From assembly GCA_040384845.1 (NCBI GenBank), contig JAZKIL010000014.1:40227-104226 (forward strand): a stretch of DNA of 64,000 bases. The letters are read 5' to 3'. The notes beneath the pieces are model-generated. The model saw only the letters and a list, made by a program, of their open reading frames with translations, had not been told where the DNA came from and did not search any database. Source of the DNA: Verrucomicrobiota bacterium. GTDB lineage: Bacteria; Verrucomicrobiota; Verrucomicrobiia; Verrucomicrobiales; Akkermansiaceae. The first letter of the stretch is position 1; each line of letters opens with the position of its first letter. Shown here one piece after another: positions 25,669-35,722 of the stretch. Position numbers and translations under genes: made by a program.

Positions 25669-27051
25669 TTATACTCGGGCATCGGACATCGATATTGGGT
25701 CTAAAGCAGCGCCGAGCTGCTCCGCCGTAATGCCGAGAGCGGTTAGTTTCTCCATGCACAGGCTGCGGATGGTTTTTCCGGAAGCTTTGGCTTCTTTCGC
25801 AATGGCTGCTGCTTGGTCGTAGCCGATTAGCGGAACTAACGAGGTGACCATGGAAAAGGAAAGTTCGATCAGTTCCTCGCAGCGCTCGCGATTGGCGGTG
25901 ATTCCTGAAACGCATTTTTCTGCGAACACCCTCGCGCCATTCGCGAGGAGTTGGATCGACTCCAACATCGTCTGTCCCATCAGGGGCATGAAAGCGTTGA
26001 GCTCGAAATGACCGTTCGCGCCACAGAAAGTCACGGTGGTTTGATTTCCGAAAACGCGTGCGCAAACCATCGTCATTGCCTCGCAGAGAACCGGATTCAC
26101 TTTTCCTGGCATGATGGATGAACCCGGCTGGATCGCTGGAAGGTTGATCTCACCAATCGCACAACGCGGACCTGAGGCGAGCAAACGGAGGTCATTGGCG
26201 ATTTTGAAAAGCGAAGTCGCGATGGCGTTGAGCTGGCCGTGCGCCTCGACGATAGCGTCGCGCGCGGCTTGGGCTTCGAAAGGATTTTCCGCCCGGTGAA
26301 AACGAAATCCCGTACGTTCATTAAGTAGCGAGATGGCCGTTTCGGGAAAATCCGGATGGCAATTCAGGCCAGTGCCAATCGCTGTGCCACCAAGCGGTAT
26401 TTCTAACAACGCCTTGATCGCCTTGTGGCAACGGTCGACTCCGCGTTCCGCTTGTTTCGCATAGCCGGAAAATTCCTGCCCAAGCCGAATCGGCACCGCA
26501 TCCATCAAATGCGTGCGTCCGATTTTCAAAACATCGTGAAACTCGGATGCTTTTCCCGAAAGCGATATTTCTAACAGATCTAGCGCGGGCATCAGGGTAT
26601 CTCGAATTTGCAGACACGTGGCGATGTGTATCGCCGTCGGAAAAGTATCGTTGGAAGATTGGCCGAGATTGACGTGATCGTTCGGATGGACTTCCACCCC
26701 GCGCTGACGGCAGAGCGTGCCGATCACTTCGTTCGCGTTCATATTGGTCGAAGTCCCTGAACCCGTCTGGAAAACATCGACAGGAAAATGAGCATCGTGT
26801 TTCCCCTCCGCAACCTCACGTGCAGCCTCGGCGATGGAGCTAACGAGCGCAGGATCCAGAACGCCGATCCGCTGATTCGCAAGCGCCGCAGCTTCTTTGA
26901 TCAAGCCATAGGCATGAATCAACGCAGGATGCATGGCCTGTCCCGAGATCGCGAAATTCTCCACCGCGCGCTGGGTGGAGGCTCCGTAAAGCGCATCAAC
27001 CGGAACTTCCAGCTCGCCCATGGAATCGTGTTCAATACGGGTTTCTTGCAT
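25669..27051 (-). CDS. fumC: Class II fumarate hydratase
   Basis: EHDSMG, FQTGSGTSTNMNANEV, HPNDHVNLGQSSND, GRTHLMDA, GSSIMPGKVNP. aspA is possible but fumC fits better. Confidence 0.9.
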   Translation of the reverse strand: MQETRIEHDSMGELEVPVDALYGASTQRAVENFAISGQAMHPALIHAYGLIKEAAALANQRIGVLDPALVSSIAEAAREVAEGKHDAHFPVDVFQTGSGTSTNMNANEVIGTLCRQRGVEVHPNDHVNLGQSSNDTFPTAIHIATCLQIRDTLMPALDLLEISLSGKASEFHDVLKIGRTHLMDAVPIRLGQEFSGYAKQAERGVDRCHKAIKALLEIPLGGTAIGTGLNCHPDFPETAISLLNERTGFRFHRAENPFEAQAARDAIVEAHGQLNAIATSLFKIANDLRLLASGPRCAIGEINLPAIQPGSSIMPGKVNPVLCEAMTMVCARVFGNQTTVTFCGANGHFELNAFMPLMGQTMLESIQLLANGARVFAEKCVSGITANRERCEELIELSFSMVTSLVPLIGYDQAAAIAKEAKASGKTIRSLCMEKLTALGITAEQLGAALDPISMSDARV

Positions 27052-27224
27052 GATCTAAGAAACAACATTTACAGCACTGATGCAATCAGGAACAACCCCT
27101 TGTTTCTGTGTGTTTTCTTAACCGCTTTGCGATCTCTGAGGTTAATTTTCCATATCTAACAGATTTCGATATTAAAAAGTGACCCCTGCACTTGCATTTA
27201 ACAAATATTTAAGGAAGTTATGTT

Positions 27225-27806
27225 ATGAACCCACCGCAGCTCGCCCCACCTGGCGCCGGACTACCATTCCTTGAGAACCTCATCGCCCGCTGCCTGCTGG
27301 GACTGAAGCGACTTACGAAAAACAGCGCGGACTTAACGGCCCATTTCATCAGCGAACGCGCGGCAATAGCCGAGTTGATTGGCAGCGTTGATGAAAACAC
27401 ACTCTCTCGCCGAGTTCTAATTCAGAGACCACGAGGCTTGGAGGACAGTAGCCGAAACTGGTCGATATTGATGACTCTCGATCACCTCCGCATTGTTAAT
27501 CATGCATTCATCGGAGCGATCGGATCGCTGGCCAACGAGCATGTTCCGGAAGGAGAAGCGAGCACCGCTGCGGTGAAGCCAGATCCGGCGGTTGGTCTGG
27601 CTGTTATCGGTGAATACGAGGTATCATGTGATGCCCTACTCGAAACCCTTGCTGCCGTGAAAAATTTCAAAACGCAGGCACGCTACGCCCACCCATGGTT
27701 CGGACAGATGGATGCGCACGGCTGGCATGCTCTCACAGGAAGCCACATGAGTATCCATCGCACACAGATCGATCGGATTTTAGGCGGTACACTTACTCGC
27801 TCCTGA
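27225..27806 (+). CDS. DinB-like family protein
   Basis: WS..MTLDHL, HPWFG, terminal H..IH..QI metal-binding His pattern. Confidence 0.75.
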   Translation: MNPPQLAPPGAGLPFLENLIARCLLGLKRLTKNSADLTAHFISERAAIAELIGSVDENTLSRRVLIQRPRGLEDSSRNWSILMTLDHLRIVNHAFIGAIGSLANEHVPEGEASTAAVKPDPAVGLAVIGEYEVSCDALLETLAAVKNFKTQARYAHPWFGQMDAHGWHALTGSHMSIHRTQIDRILGGTLTRS

Positions 27807-27873
27807 TCATCGGTTTTCTTTATGAAACTCTGCGACTTGTTTGTCAGAAAAATGGAATTAAGCTACGCCCATC

Positions 27874-28437
27874 ATGAGCGATACTGAAACATCACCGATG
27901 GCGAGTTTACCGAAAATTCCTGAAGGTGCGCAGGTCCTTACGTTGGGTGCGGGTTGTTTTTGGTGTGTCGAAGCGGCTTACAACCAGATCGATGGCGTGC
28001 ATACGGCGATTTCGGGTTACATGGGCGGCGAGGTGGCTAATCCGACTTATGAGCAAATTTGCGACGGAAACACCGGGCATGCGGAAGTGGTGCAGGTGGT
28101 GTTTGATCCAACGAAAATCGATTACGAAACCATCCTCGCGTGGTTTTGGGATCTGCACGACCCGACGCAACTCAACCGCCAAGGCAACGACGTCGGCACG
28201 CAATATCGCTCGGCGATTTTTTACGAGAACGAGGAACAGAAAAATCTAGCAGAACAATCCAAGCAAGCGGCTCAGGAAAATTTTGATCGACCTATCGTCA
28301 CCGAGATCGTGCCAGCCATGACATTTTTCCCTGCGGAGAATTATCATCAGAACTATTACTTTCTAAACAAGACCCGCAATAGTTACTGCCAGTTCGTGGT
28401 CGAGCCTAAGCTGAAGAAGTTGAAGCTGAATCATTGA
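27874..28437 (+). CDS. msrA: Peptide methionine sulfoxide reductase A
   Basis: GCFWC, GHAEVV, HDPTQLNRQGNDVGTQYRS, AENYHQ. Confidence 0.97.
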   Translation: MSDTETSPMASLPKIPEGAQVLTLGAGCFWCVEAAYNQIDGVHTAISGYMGGEVANPTYEQICDGNTGHAEVVQVVFDPTKIDYETILAWFWDLHDPTQLNRQGNDVGTQYRSAIFYENEEQKNLAEQSKQAAQENFDRPIVTEIVPAMTFFPAENYHQNYYFLNKTRNSYCQFVVEPKLKKLKLNH

Positions 28438-28533
28438 GTTTGGTAGGGTGCCATCGCCGAGGGCACCGCATGGAATGAGGAAGAAAATGATGCTTCAAGG
28501 GAGAATCGGGTACCTTTCGCTTCACGCGGCGCC

Positions 28534-31020
28534 CTACCTCTCTCTTAAGACCACAAAACTCTCGGCATCGATTTCTAACTCTTCCGGCCAAGCAGTCTCA
28601 AACGGCATGAGTTGCCCGTTTTCGATATACCACCCCGGCAAAAGTTTTCCTAACGATCCTGCTTTGTGACCAGCTTGGAAAAAGCTGTCCTCTTTAGGCA
28701 ATGGCGGATGCGGCATCGACATGGAAACCACTTGTCCGTTCAACGCCATGCATGGCAGGTGCGTGATTTTAAAAACTGCTAACGCCTCGGTGGCCTTCTT
28801 ACTGAAATCAAAGAAGGAACATTCCGCATCACTCCGACTTTCGCGTTCGATCTGCGCTCTTAGCTCAGCAGCTCCGATCCATAATGCATTGTCACGCGAG
28901 ATGAAATTTTTCTCACGAATCAGTTTTCCACCTGAGGATTTTACAAAATTTTCCAAGACCGGGCGAATCGCATCGATCTCCGGATCGTGCTCCAAGATGT
29001 GGAAAGTTGTGCGGCGAGGCAAGGCACCAAACTGCATGAGCTGATACGCGTTGCGGGTTTGCGGGTTTTCGTTGTTAGAAATACGATGTGTGATGGCTTG
29101 AGCTGAGGCTTTCAGCATAGCCGCCTGTACGATCTGGCGATTCGGCTTGGGAGCCGTAATCGGCTCGCCAACCGCGACAGATAAACCGTAAGGAATCCCG
29201 TAAGGCATTTTGTTAAAAAACTTACCGCGCTCGAAGGAGAAAATCGAACCCCAAGAACCATCGACCCAAACTGGAAGAATCGGCACTTCGGCATTTTTTG
29301 CGATGAGCTCAAATCCCCTTTCCAATTCACACAAGCCACCCGTGCGTGTCAGTTGGCCTTCTGGAAAGAGCACCACAAGATGCCCGTTGGCGAGAGCTTC
29401 AATCGTCGTCCGGATCGCTTCTAACGGTTGTGAACGGCGGATCGTCACCGTGCCGAACAATTTTGCGGAAAGGCGAATGGTTGGGTTCACCATGAACGTT
29501 TCATCCATCACAAAACGCACAGGGCGATCAGAAATGACCGAGAGGAAAAAGGCATCGGCAAAGGTCACATGGTTAGGTAGCAACAACGCACCGCCGCTTT
29601 TCGGGATGTTTTCCAGTCCGCTAACTTTGATGCGGTAAATGGATTTCACCAACGAGCCGACGAACAAGCGGATGAAGTCCGCAGGTAAAATCCGCAGCAC
29701 ATAAATCGTCATGATTCCGCAAGCTGAGCCGATCACGATGAGCTGCATACGGAAACCCGCGAGCTCGGACATACCGAGCGAATTCGAGATCAAAAACATC
29801 AACTCGATTGCCACCACGGCGACGATGCCAGCGAAGCAATCCTGTAGGTTTACGGCGGACTGCAGCTCGCCGCGTTTATTGGCAGGATAACGATCCTGCA
29901 TCCAAGCATTGAGCGGGGCGAGGAACAGCGCGGAGGAAAGCGCCAACAAGCCAAGAGTCAGCAAGAACAACGCCTCGTGCGGAGAGTCGGTGATAAATTT
30001 GAGCAGCTTGAAATCTAACAGAGATAGAAACGCTGAAGCTTTTCCCATCGGAAACCACGCAAGAGCCAGTGCACTGATTGTCATCAAAAATCCCGCTAGC
30101 GGCACCCAACCGAGTTCGATTTTTTTCCGCAACAACCATGAAGCGAAGCCAAAACCTATCGCCATGCCCAGTGAAGCGGCAGCCATAAAAATCGAAGATA
30201 AAGTTCCGAAGCCTTCTCCGCCTTCGGTCATCGCTTTAGCAATTTTGACGGACCATAAATTGACGAACGCAGCAAAGCCCCAGAAAAACGCGACCCCGAA
30301 CGAGGCGCGACGCAGCCCCTGTTCTTTCCAAAGCTCGCCGATATCACGGAAATGGCTGAACAACAATTTTCCGGAAACGGGTGTGGTTCCTTGTGCCGAA
30401 ACTTTGGGGATCAAAAGTGCTGTGCCTATCGCTGGAACCGATAAGCACGTCAGGAGAAACAGCGGGAAAAAGGCCGCTTCCCAGGCATTTTCGGACTGCG
30501 AACCTAATTCGATAAATCTTTTATCATACCACCATCCCGCAATGATCTGACCCACCAAAAGCGCCAACATGGCCATCATTTGCTGCACGCCGGAGGCAAA
30601 CCCGAGATGTCTTGACCCGACCAATTCCTTGTTGATCCCAAACTTTGCCGGACTGAAAAACGCGGCTTGCGTGGCTAGCAGAAAAAATCCAATCAACGCT
30701 AGCGGCATATTTTTAACCCAAACCGCGGCGGCAATCAGGGCCAATATAATAATCTGCGCAATCGCAGATCCAAGCAAGACATCGCGTTTTGAAAAACGAT
30801 CACTCATCCAACCTGCGAGCGGAGCAAACAACACAAACGGCAACGCGATCATCAGTCCCGCCCAAGACTCCACCGCGTAGCCCACCGCACCGCCCAACGG
30901 AATAAGAATGAATTGCGCGGCCTTATCGTTAAATGCGTTCTGCGTCTGCTGAACGATCATGCTCCAATAACCCAGCCATTGCCGCTTGGTCGGTTCTCCT
31001 TCGGGTGTATCGGTTTCCAT
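28534..31020 (-). CDS. MFS (LplT-like) fused to a lysophospholipid acyltransferase, with a degenerate acyl-ACP-synthetase-like tail (Aas-like)
   Basis: MFS repeats, NHVTFAD and FPEGQLTRTG acyltransferase motifs, tail GHKAGSLGKLLPG. Confidence 0.85.
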   Translation of the reverse strand: METDTPEGEPTKRQWLGYWSMIVQQTQNAFNDKAAQFILIPLGGAVGYAVESWAGLMIALPFVLFAPLAGWMSDRFSKRDVLLGSAIAQIIILALIAAAVWVKNMPLALIGFFLLATQAAFFSPAKFGINKELVGSRHLGFASGVQQMMAMLALLVGQIIAGWWYDKRFIELGSQSENAWEAAFFPLFLLTCLSVPAIGTALLIPKVSAQGTTPVSGKLLFSHFRDIGELWKEQGLRRASFGVAFFWGFAAFVNLWSVKIAKAMTEGGEGFGTLSSIFMAAASLGMAIGFGFASWLLRKKIELGWVPLAGFLMTISALALAWFPMGKASAFLSLLDFKLLKFITDSPHEALFLLTLGLLALSSALFLAPLNAWMQDRYPANKRGELQSAVNLQDCFAGIVAVVAIELMFLISNSLGMSELAGFRMQLIVIGSACGIMTIYVLRILPADFIRLFVGSLVKSIYRIKVSGLENIPKSGGALLLPNHVTFADAFFLSVISDRPVRFVMDETFMVNPTIRLSAKLFGTVTIRRSQPLEAIRTTIEALANGHLVVLFPEGQLTRTGGLCELERGFELIAKNAEVPILPVWVDGSWGSIFSFERGKFFNKMPYGIPYGLSVAVGEPITAPKPNRQIVQAAMLKASAQAITHRISNNENPQTRNAYQLMQFGALPRRTTFHILEHDPEIDAIRPVLENFVKSSGGKLIREKNFISRDNALWIGAAELRAQIERESRSDAECSFFDFSKKATEALAVFKITHLPCMALNGQVVSMSMPHPPLPKEDSFFQAGHKAGSLGKLLPGWYIENGQLMPFETAWPEELEIDAESFVVLRER

Positions 31021-31032
31021 GTGTAAAAAATG

Positions 31033-31890
31033 TTAGATGCCACCGCCTAAGCAGTCGAGCTTTTGGTTCATTTCGAGTGCCGGATTGCTTTCACGCGCCT
31101 CACCGACAATCACCGCCGGCACGCCAGCCACTGTCGTATGCGGAGGAACATCGTTCAACACCACACTGCCGGCACCGACCTTTGCATGTGTGCCAATTTC
31201 GACACGACCCAAAATTTTCGCGCCCGCACCGATCAACACACCTGAGCGAATGATCGGATGCCGCGCACCCGTGTCCTTGCCGGTTCCACCCAGCGTGACC
31301 TCGTGGAGAATCGATACGTCGTCTTCGATGATCGCCGTTTCGCCAACGACAAACGAAGTCGCGTGGTCGAGCAAAATGCCGCAACCAATTTTCGCGGCCG
31401 GATGAATGTCTGTGGAAAACACCTCCGATGAAATGCTCTGCAAATAAAGCGCCAACCAACGGCGACCATCTTTCCAAAGTTGGTGACTCACCCGATACGT
31501 GCTTAACGCCATGAAACCTTTGAAAAACAACAAGGGCTCCAGCGGAGAAAAACAGGCGGGATCGCGCTCAAACATCGCCAAAAGATCGCGGCTGCATGCT
31601 CGGGCGATCGATTCATGTTTTTTGAAAATATCTTCAATCAGCGGCTCGATCGTCTCGCGCGGCATGTCTTCTCGCGCCAGCCTGCGGCTCAAACGCACCG
31701 AGAGCGCCTCGGCAAAACTGCTGCGCGAAAGCACGACATCGTGAACCAATGCCCGCAATCCCTCCTCTTCCTCATACAGCCGCTCGGCCTCCGTGCGGAG
31801 TTTCGCCCAGAGGTTTTCTAAATTCGCGGCTTCCCCACCGCACAACTTCGTTCCACTCTCTTGCACCGCTGTTTGTTGTTTGTTGCTCAT
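31033..31890 (-). CDS. cysE: Serine O-acetyltransferase
   Basis: RDPAC, FFKGF, DIHPAAKIG, LDHAT, VTLGGTGK...RHP, hexapeptide repeats, GVPA. The start may be up to 15 codons later. Confidence 0.95.
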   Translation of the reverse strand: MSNKQQTAVQESGTKLCGGEAANLENLWAKLRTEAERLYEEEEGLRALVHDVVLSRSSFAEALSVRLSRRLAREDMPRETIEPLIEDIFKKHESIARACSRDLLAMFERDPACFSPLEPLLFFKGFMALSTYRVSHQLWKDGRRWLALYLQSISSEVFSTDIHPAAKIGCGILLDHATSFVVGETAIIEDDVSILHEVTLGGTGKDTGARHPIIRSGVLIGAGAKILGRVEIGTHAKVGAGSVVLNDVPPHTTVAGVPAVIVGEARESNPALEMNQKLDCLGGGI

Positions 31891-32302
31891 GAAGATTTCC
31901 CAAAAATTAGAATACGCCTGCCGAGCCCTCGCTCAACTCGCGAAAACCTATGACGGCAAAAGTCTTACTCGCCTGGACGAGTTAGCGCAACGCGAAGCTA
32001 TCTCTGCGAACTTTTTAGTTCAAATTCTCAATGATCTCCGCCGCGGCGGTATGATCGATTCCCGCCGTGGCGCTTCTGGCGGATATTTGCTCTCCCGCCC
32101 CGCAAACCAGATCACCCTCCGCCAAATCGTCGAGGCCGTGGAACCGTCCCAACTGCAAAATACCGCCCTGGATCAAGGCGAATCCGGCGTTTCCGTCCGC
32201 CGCGCATGGGAAAACGTTTCCACCCAACTCACCAAAAATCTCGAGGAAATCACCTTGGAAGCCCTTGCCAGCCCGTCATCTGACCCGATGTTCTATATCT
32301 AA
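31889..32302 (+). CDS. Rrf2 family transcriptional regulator without Fe-S cysteines (CymR-like)
   Basis: MKISQKLEYA, FLVQILNDLRRGG.IDSRRGASGGYLL, ITLRQIVEAVE. Confidence 0.92.
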   Translation: MKISQKLEYACRALAQLAKTYDGKSLTRLDELAQREAISANFLVQILNDLRRGGMIDSRRGASGGYLLSRPANQITLRQIVEAVEPSQLQNTALDQGESGVSVRRAWENVSTQLTKNLEEITLEALASPSSDPMFYI

Positions 32303-32353
32303 ACTCCCGCGGTTGGAAAAAACCAAAGAGTCTTCCCGTATCCAATTTTCCTC

Positions 32354-35300
32354 ATGATCCGCTGGTTTGCCCAAAACGACATCGCTGCAAATTTTTTGCT
32401 CTTCGGCATTCTAGCCTGGGGGACTTGGTCGGCGATCTATAAAATTCCGCTCGAAGTTCAACCCAGACTTGAAACCAATCGGATCTACATCGAGGTCGAA
32501 TACCGCGGCGGTAGTCCCGGAGATGTGGAAAAAGCTGTGGTGCTACCCATCGAGTCGGCGCTCGAAGGTCTTTCGGGGATCGAATCCATCGAATCTCTTG
32601 CCGACGACGGCTATGCGCGCGTCCTTGTGAATGCACAATCCAAGCGCAACCTTGAAAAACTCCGTGATGAGGTGAAAACCCGGGTTGAGCAAATCAGCAG
32701 TTTCCCTGATGAGATCGAACCCCCGAAGGTTTCCATTCCCGACAGTAGTATGTGGTTTGACGTCATCAAAGTGGCGATCTCAGGGGAAATGGATGAAGAC
32801 AACTTGCTACGCGCAGCGCGAACCGTGCGAGATGACCTCATCGCCATGCCCGGCATTTCCCAAGCCAGTGTGTTAGGAAACTCACCGTTGGAAATTTCCA
32901 TCGAAGCCGATCCGCGTCGTCTCCGCGACTACGGCCTAACATTTTCTGACCTCAGCGCCGCCATTCGCCTCTCATCCATCGATATCCCTGCTGGCCGTAT
33001 CCAAACCGATGAAGGGAAAATAACCATCCGCTCCAAAGGGCAGGCCTACACTCGCGAGGATTTTGAAGAAATTGTCATCAGCAACCAAAACGGCTCGGAG
33101 GTAAAGTTGAAGACCGTCGCGAAAATTTCCGATGGTTTTGAGGAAAACAGAAAAATCATGCGCTTTAATGGCAAGCCCTGTCTGCTGGTTGAAGTCTTAC
33201 GCTTGGGAAATGAAAACGCCCTCGATATCGCTTCAAAAACCAAAGCTTACGTGGCGACAGCACACGAGCGTTTTCCAGAAGGCGTCGAAGTTACCACATG
33301 GGACGATTCCTCGGAAGAACTCGAAGGCCGGCTCGGGACACTACTCACCTCCATGCTGCAAGGCGGGTTGTTAGTTCTCATCGTCCTCGGTATTTTCCTT
33401 CGCCCTGCGCTTGCATTCTGGGTCACGCTCGGCATTCCCGTTTCGTTTGCTGGCGGATTGATCATGATGCCTTTTTTCGGAATGACCGCAAACGTCATGT
33501 CGATCTTCGGCTTCATCATTGTCATCGGCCTTGTTGTCGACGACGCCATCGTCACTGCAGAAAACGTTTATTACAGGCTGAAAAATGGAGATAACCCGTT
33601 AGAATCCGCCATCAATGGAACCATCGAAGTCACTACACCCGTTACTTTTGGAGCGATCACTACCATCGTCGCGTTCATCCCACTGATGTTCTTCGATGGT
33701 TTCTATGGTTCATTTACCAATCAAATCCCGCCTATCGTCGCAGCAGTCCTGATTTTTTCCCTGATCGAGTCGAAACTCTCCCTGCCCAGCCACCTCAAGC
33801 ATCTAAATATGCGCAAACGAACGAACATCTTCGCTCGTTTTCAAGAACGCATTGCCGATGGAATGGAGCAATTCGTGGATCGTTGTTATGATCCCGTTTT
33901 GCGACTCGCCACCAAACATCGCTATATCACCCTGGCCTTATTTTTCGCGGCCGGCGCAGCTTCGATCGGCTATTTCTCATCAGGGAAAATGGGTTTTGTA
34001 AACATGCCCTCGATCGATAAAAACCGTATCGTCGCCTCGCTGCGCATGCCGCGTGAAGCTAAAGTCGAAGATACCGAAAAGCGCACGCAACAAGTGGCGG
34101 CAGCTCTCGAACAAATCAAAAAGGAATTCGTCGATCCCGGCACCGGAAAGCCTTTGGTGAACCATGTTCTAACATCTGCTGGCGGATTTCCTCATCGCAA
34201 CATCGTTGATACACGCACAGGCAACGTCATCGTCTCCGTCACAGATCCTGCGGATCGCAGCGAGCCCGGACCAAAGAACTCGGAAATTGCTGAGCGCTGG
34301 ACAGAACTGGTCGGTGAAATGCCTGAAGTGCAGGATTTCTGGATCTCCGGTGATCGTGGCATGGGCATGGGTGGAGATAATGAAGTCGAATCCCTTACCG
34401 TTGAAATCCGCGGCCCGGATGGCGATGAAAAAGAAGCAGCGGTCCGGCAGGTTGAAAGTTTGTTAGAATCTTATCAAGGCATCGAAAGCGCTTACAGCAA
34501 TTCCAGCGGAAGAAATGATGAACTTCTCATTACCATTCGCCCGGAAGGCGAAGCACTTGGTCTGACCCAACAAGATCTCTCAAGACAAGTGCGTGGCGCG
34601 TTTTTCGGTGAACAAGCCCAACGCGTGCAACGCGGTCGCGATGACATCCGCGTCATGGTGCGTATGCCGCTGGAGCTGCGGCAATCGCTAGCTACTCTTG
34701 ATCATCTGAGAATCCGCACCCCCTCCGGCGGCGAGGCTCCTTTTCATACCATCGCCTCCGCTAAATATGTCGAAGCCCGCTCCCGCATCGAACGCATCGA
34801 TGGTTCACAAGTCATCGAGATCATGGCCCAGCCAGCGGATGAATCGGTCGATGTCGTGGCGATCTCCAGAGCCCTACAAGACGATCTCGATCTCATCCTG
34901 AATCGCTACCACAATCTAACATGGCGTTACTCGGGATACATCGCAGACCATGAAAAAACCAAAATGCGTTCTATCATCGGTGGCATCGCATTATTTCTCG
35001 CACTCTACGCCTTGCTCGCCATTCCGTTCCGCTCCCTTTACCAACCGTTTTTCGTCATGCTCGCCGTTCCTTTCGGCGCCATCGGTGCGTTGTTCGGACA
35101 TCTCATTATGGATATCACCCCCTCGTATCTTTCCGTCTTCGGCATCCTCGCTCTCGCAGGAGTAGTCGTGAACGACTCCTTGGTCATGGTCGATTACATC
35201 AATCAAAAACTTCAAGCCGGAGAAGACCTATACGAATCCGTCATCCATTCTGGCACCCGTCGTTTTCGCCCCATTTTCCTAACGTCGGCCACCACCTTTG

Positions 35301-35518
35301 TCGGATTGCTGCCCCTGCTATTTGATCGCTCTCTCCAAGCTCAAATGCTCATCCCCATGGCCACTTCTCTCGCGTTCGGTATCCTCTTCGCCACCATCAT
35401 CACACTCTTTCTCATCCCCTGCTCATACCTAGCCGCAGAAGAAATCCGGGGACTGTTAGGAAAAGCATGGGTTTGGTGGAGATACCCCAATGGCAAGCCG
35501 GCGAAGGGTGATTCTTGA
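32354..35518 (+). CDS. RND efflux transporter permease (AcrB/CzcA superfamily)
   Basis: 1054 aa; GLVVDDAIV, GVVVNDSL, RFRPIFLTS, PMATSLAFG. Confidence 0.93.
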   Translation: MIRWFAQNDIAANFLLFGILAWGTWSAIYKIPLEVQPRLETNRIYIEVEYRGGSPGDVEKAVVLPIESALEGLSGIESIESLADDGYARVLVNAQSKRNLEKLRDEVKTRVEQISSFPDEIEPPKVSIPDSSMWFDVIKVAISGEMDEDNLLRAARTVRDDLIAMPGISQASVLGNSPLEISIEADPRRLRDYGLTFSDLSAAIRLSSIDIPAGRIQTDEGKITIRSKGQAYTREDFEEIVISNQNGSEVKLKTVAKISDGFEENRKIMRFNGKPCLLVEVLRLGNENALDIASKTKAYVATAHERFPEGVEVTTWDDSSEELEGRLGTLLTSMLQGGLLVLIVLGIFLRPALAFWVTLGIPVSFAGGLIMMPFFGMTANVMSIFGFIIVIGLVVDDAIVTAENVYYRLKNGDNPLESAINGTIEVTTPVTFGAITTIVAFIPLMFFDGFYGSFTNQIPPIVAAVLIFSLIESKLSLPSHLKHLNMRKRTNIFARFQERIADGMEQFVDRCYDPVLRLATKHRYITLALFFAAGAASIGYFSSGKMGFVNMPSIDKNRIVASLRMPREAKVEDTEKRTQQVAAALEQIKKEFVDPGTGKPLVNHVLTSAGGFPHRNIVDTRTGNVIVSVTDPADRSEPGPKNSEIAERWTELVGEMPEVQDFWISGDRGMGMGGDNEVESLTVEIRGPDGDEKEAAVRQVESLLESYQGIESAYSNSSGRNDELLITIRPEGEALGLTQQDLSRQVRGAFFGEQAQRVQRGRDDIRVMVRMPLELRQSLATLDHLRIRTPSGGEAPFHTIASAKYVEARSRIERIDGSQVIEIMAQPADESVDVVAISRALQDDLDLILNRYHNLTWRYSGYIADHEKTKMRSIIGGIALFLALYALLAIPFRSLYQPFFVMLAVPFGAIGALFGHLIMDITPSYLSVFGILALAGVVVNDSLVMVDYINQKLQAGEDLYESVIHSGTRRFRPIFLTSATTFVGLLPLLFDRSLQAQMLIPMATSLAFGILFATIITLFLIPCSYLAAEEIRGLLGKAWVWWRYPNGKPAKGDS

Positions 35519-35645
35519 GCTCCGCTCTCAAATCCTGCGCGATAAAACATGAAACGCGTGATTCCTGTATGGCTGGCTATAACATCGGTTGATTATAGTC
35601 ATTCGATTCAAATGCGACTCAAAGAAACACTCTCTTGCACTCACC

Positions 35646-35675
35646 AGGTCGCGATTTAAAATCGCGGTTCCTTTC
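35646..35675. repeat. REP-like palindrome, copy 2 (see 10623-10652)
   Basis: AGGTCGCGATTTAAAATCGCGGTTCCTTTC, downstream of purK. Confidence 0.7.
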
Positions 35676-35722
35676 TTGCTCGCATTATCAGTGCTTCAGC
35701 ACTCATTCCGTGCAATCCGCGG

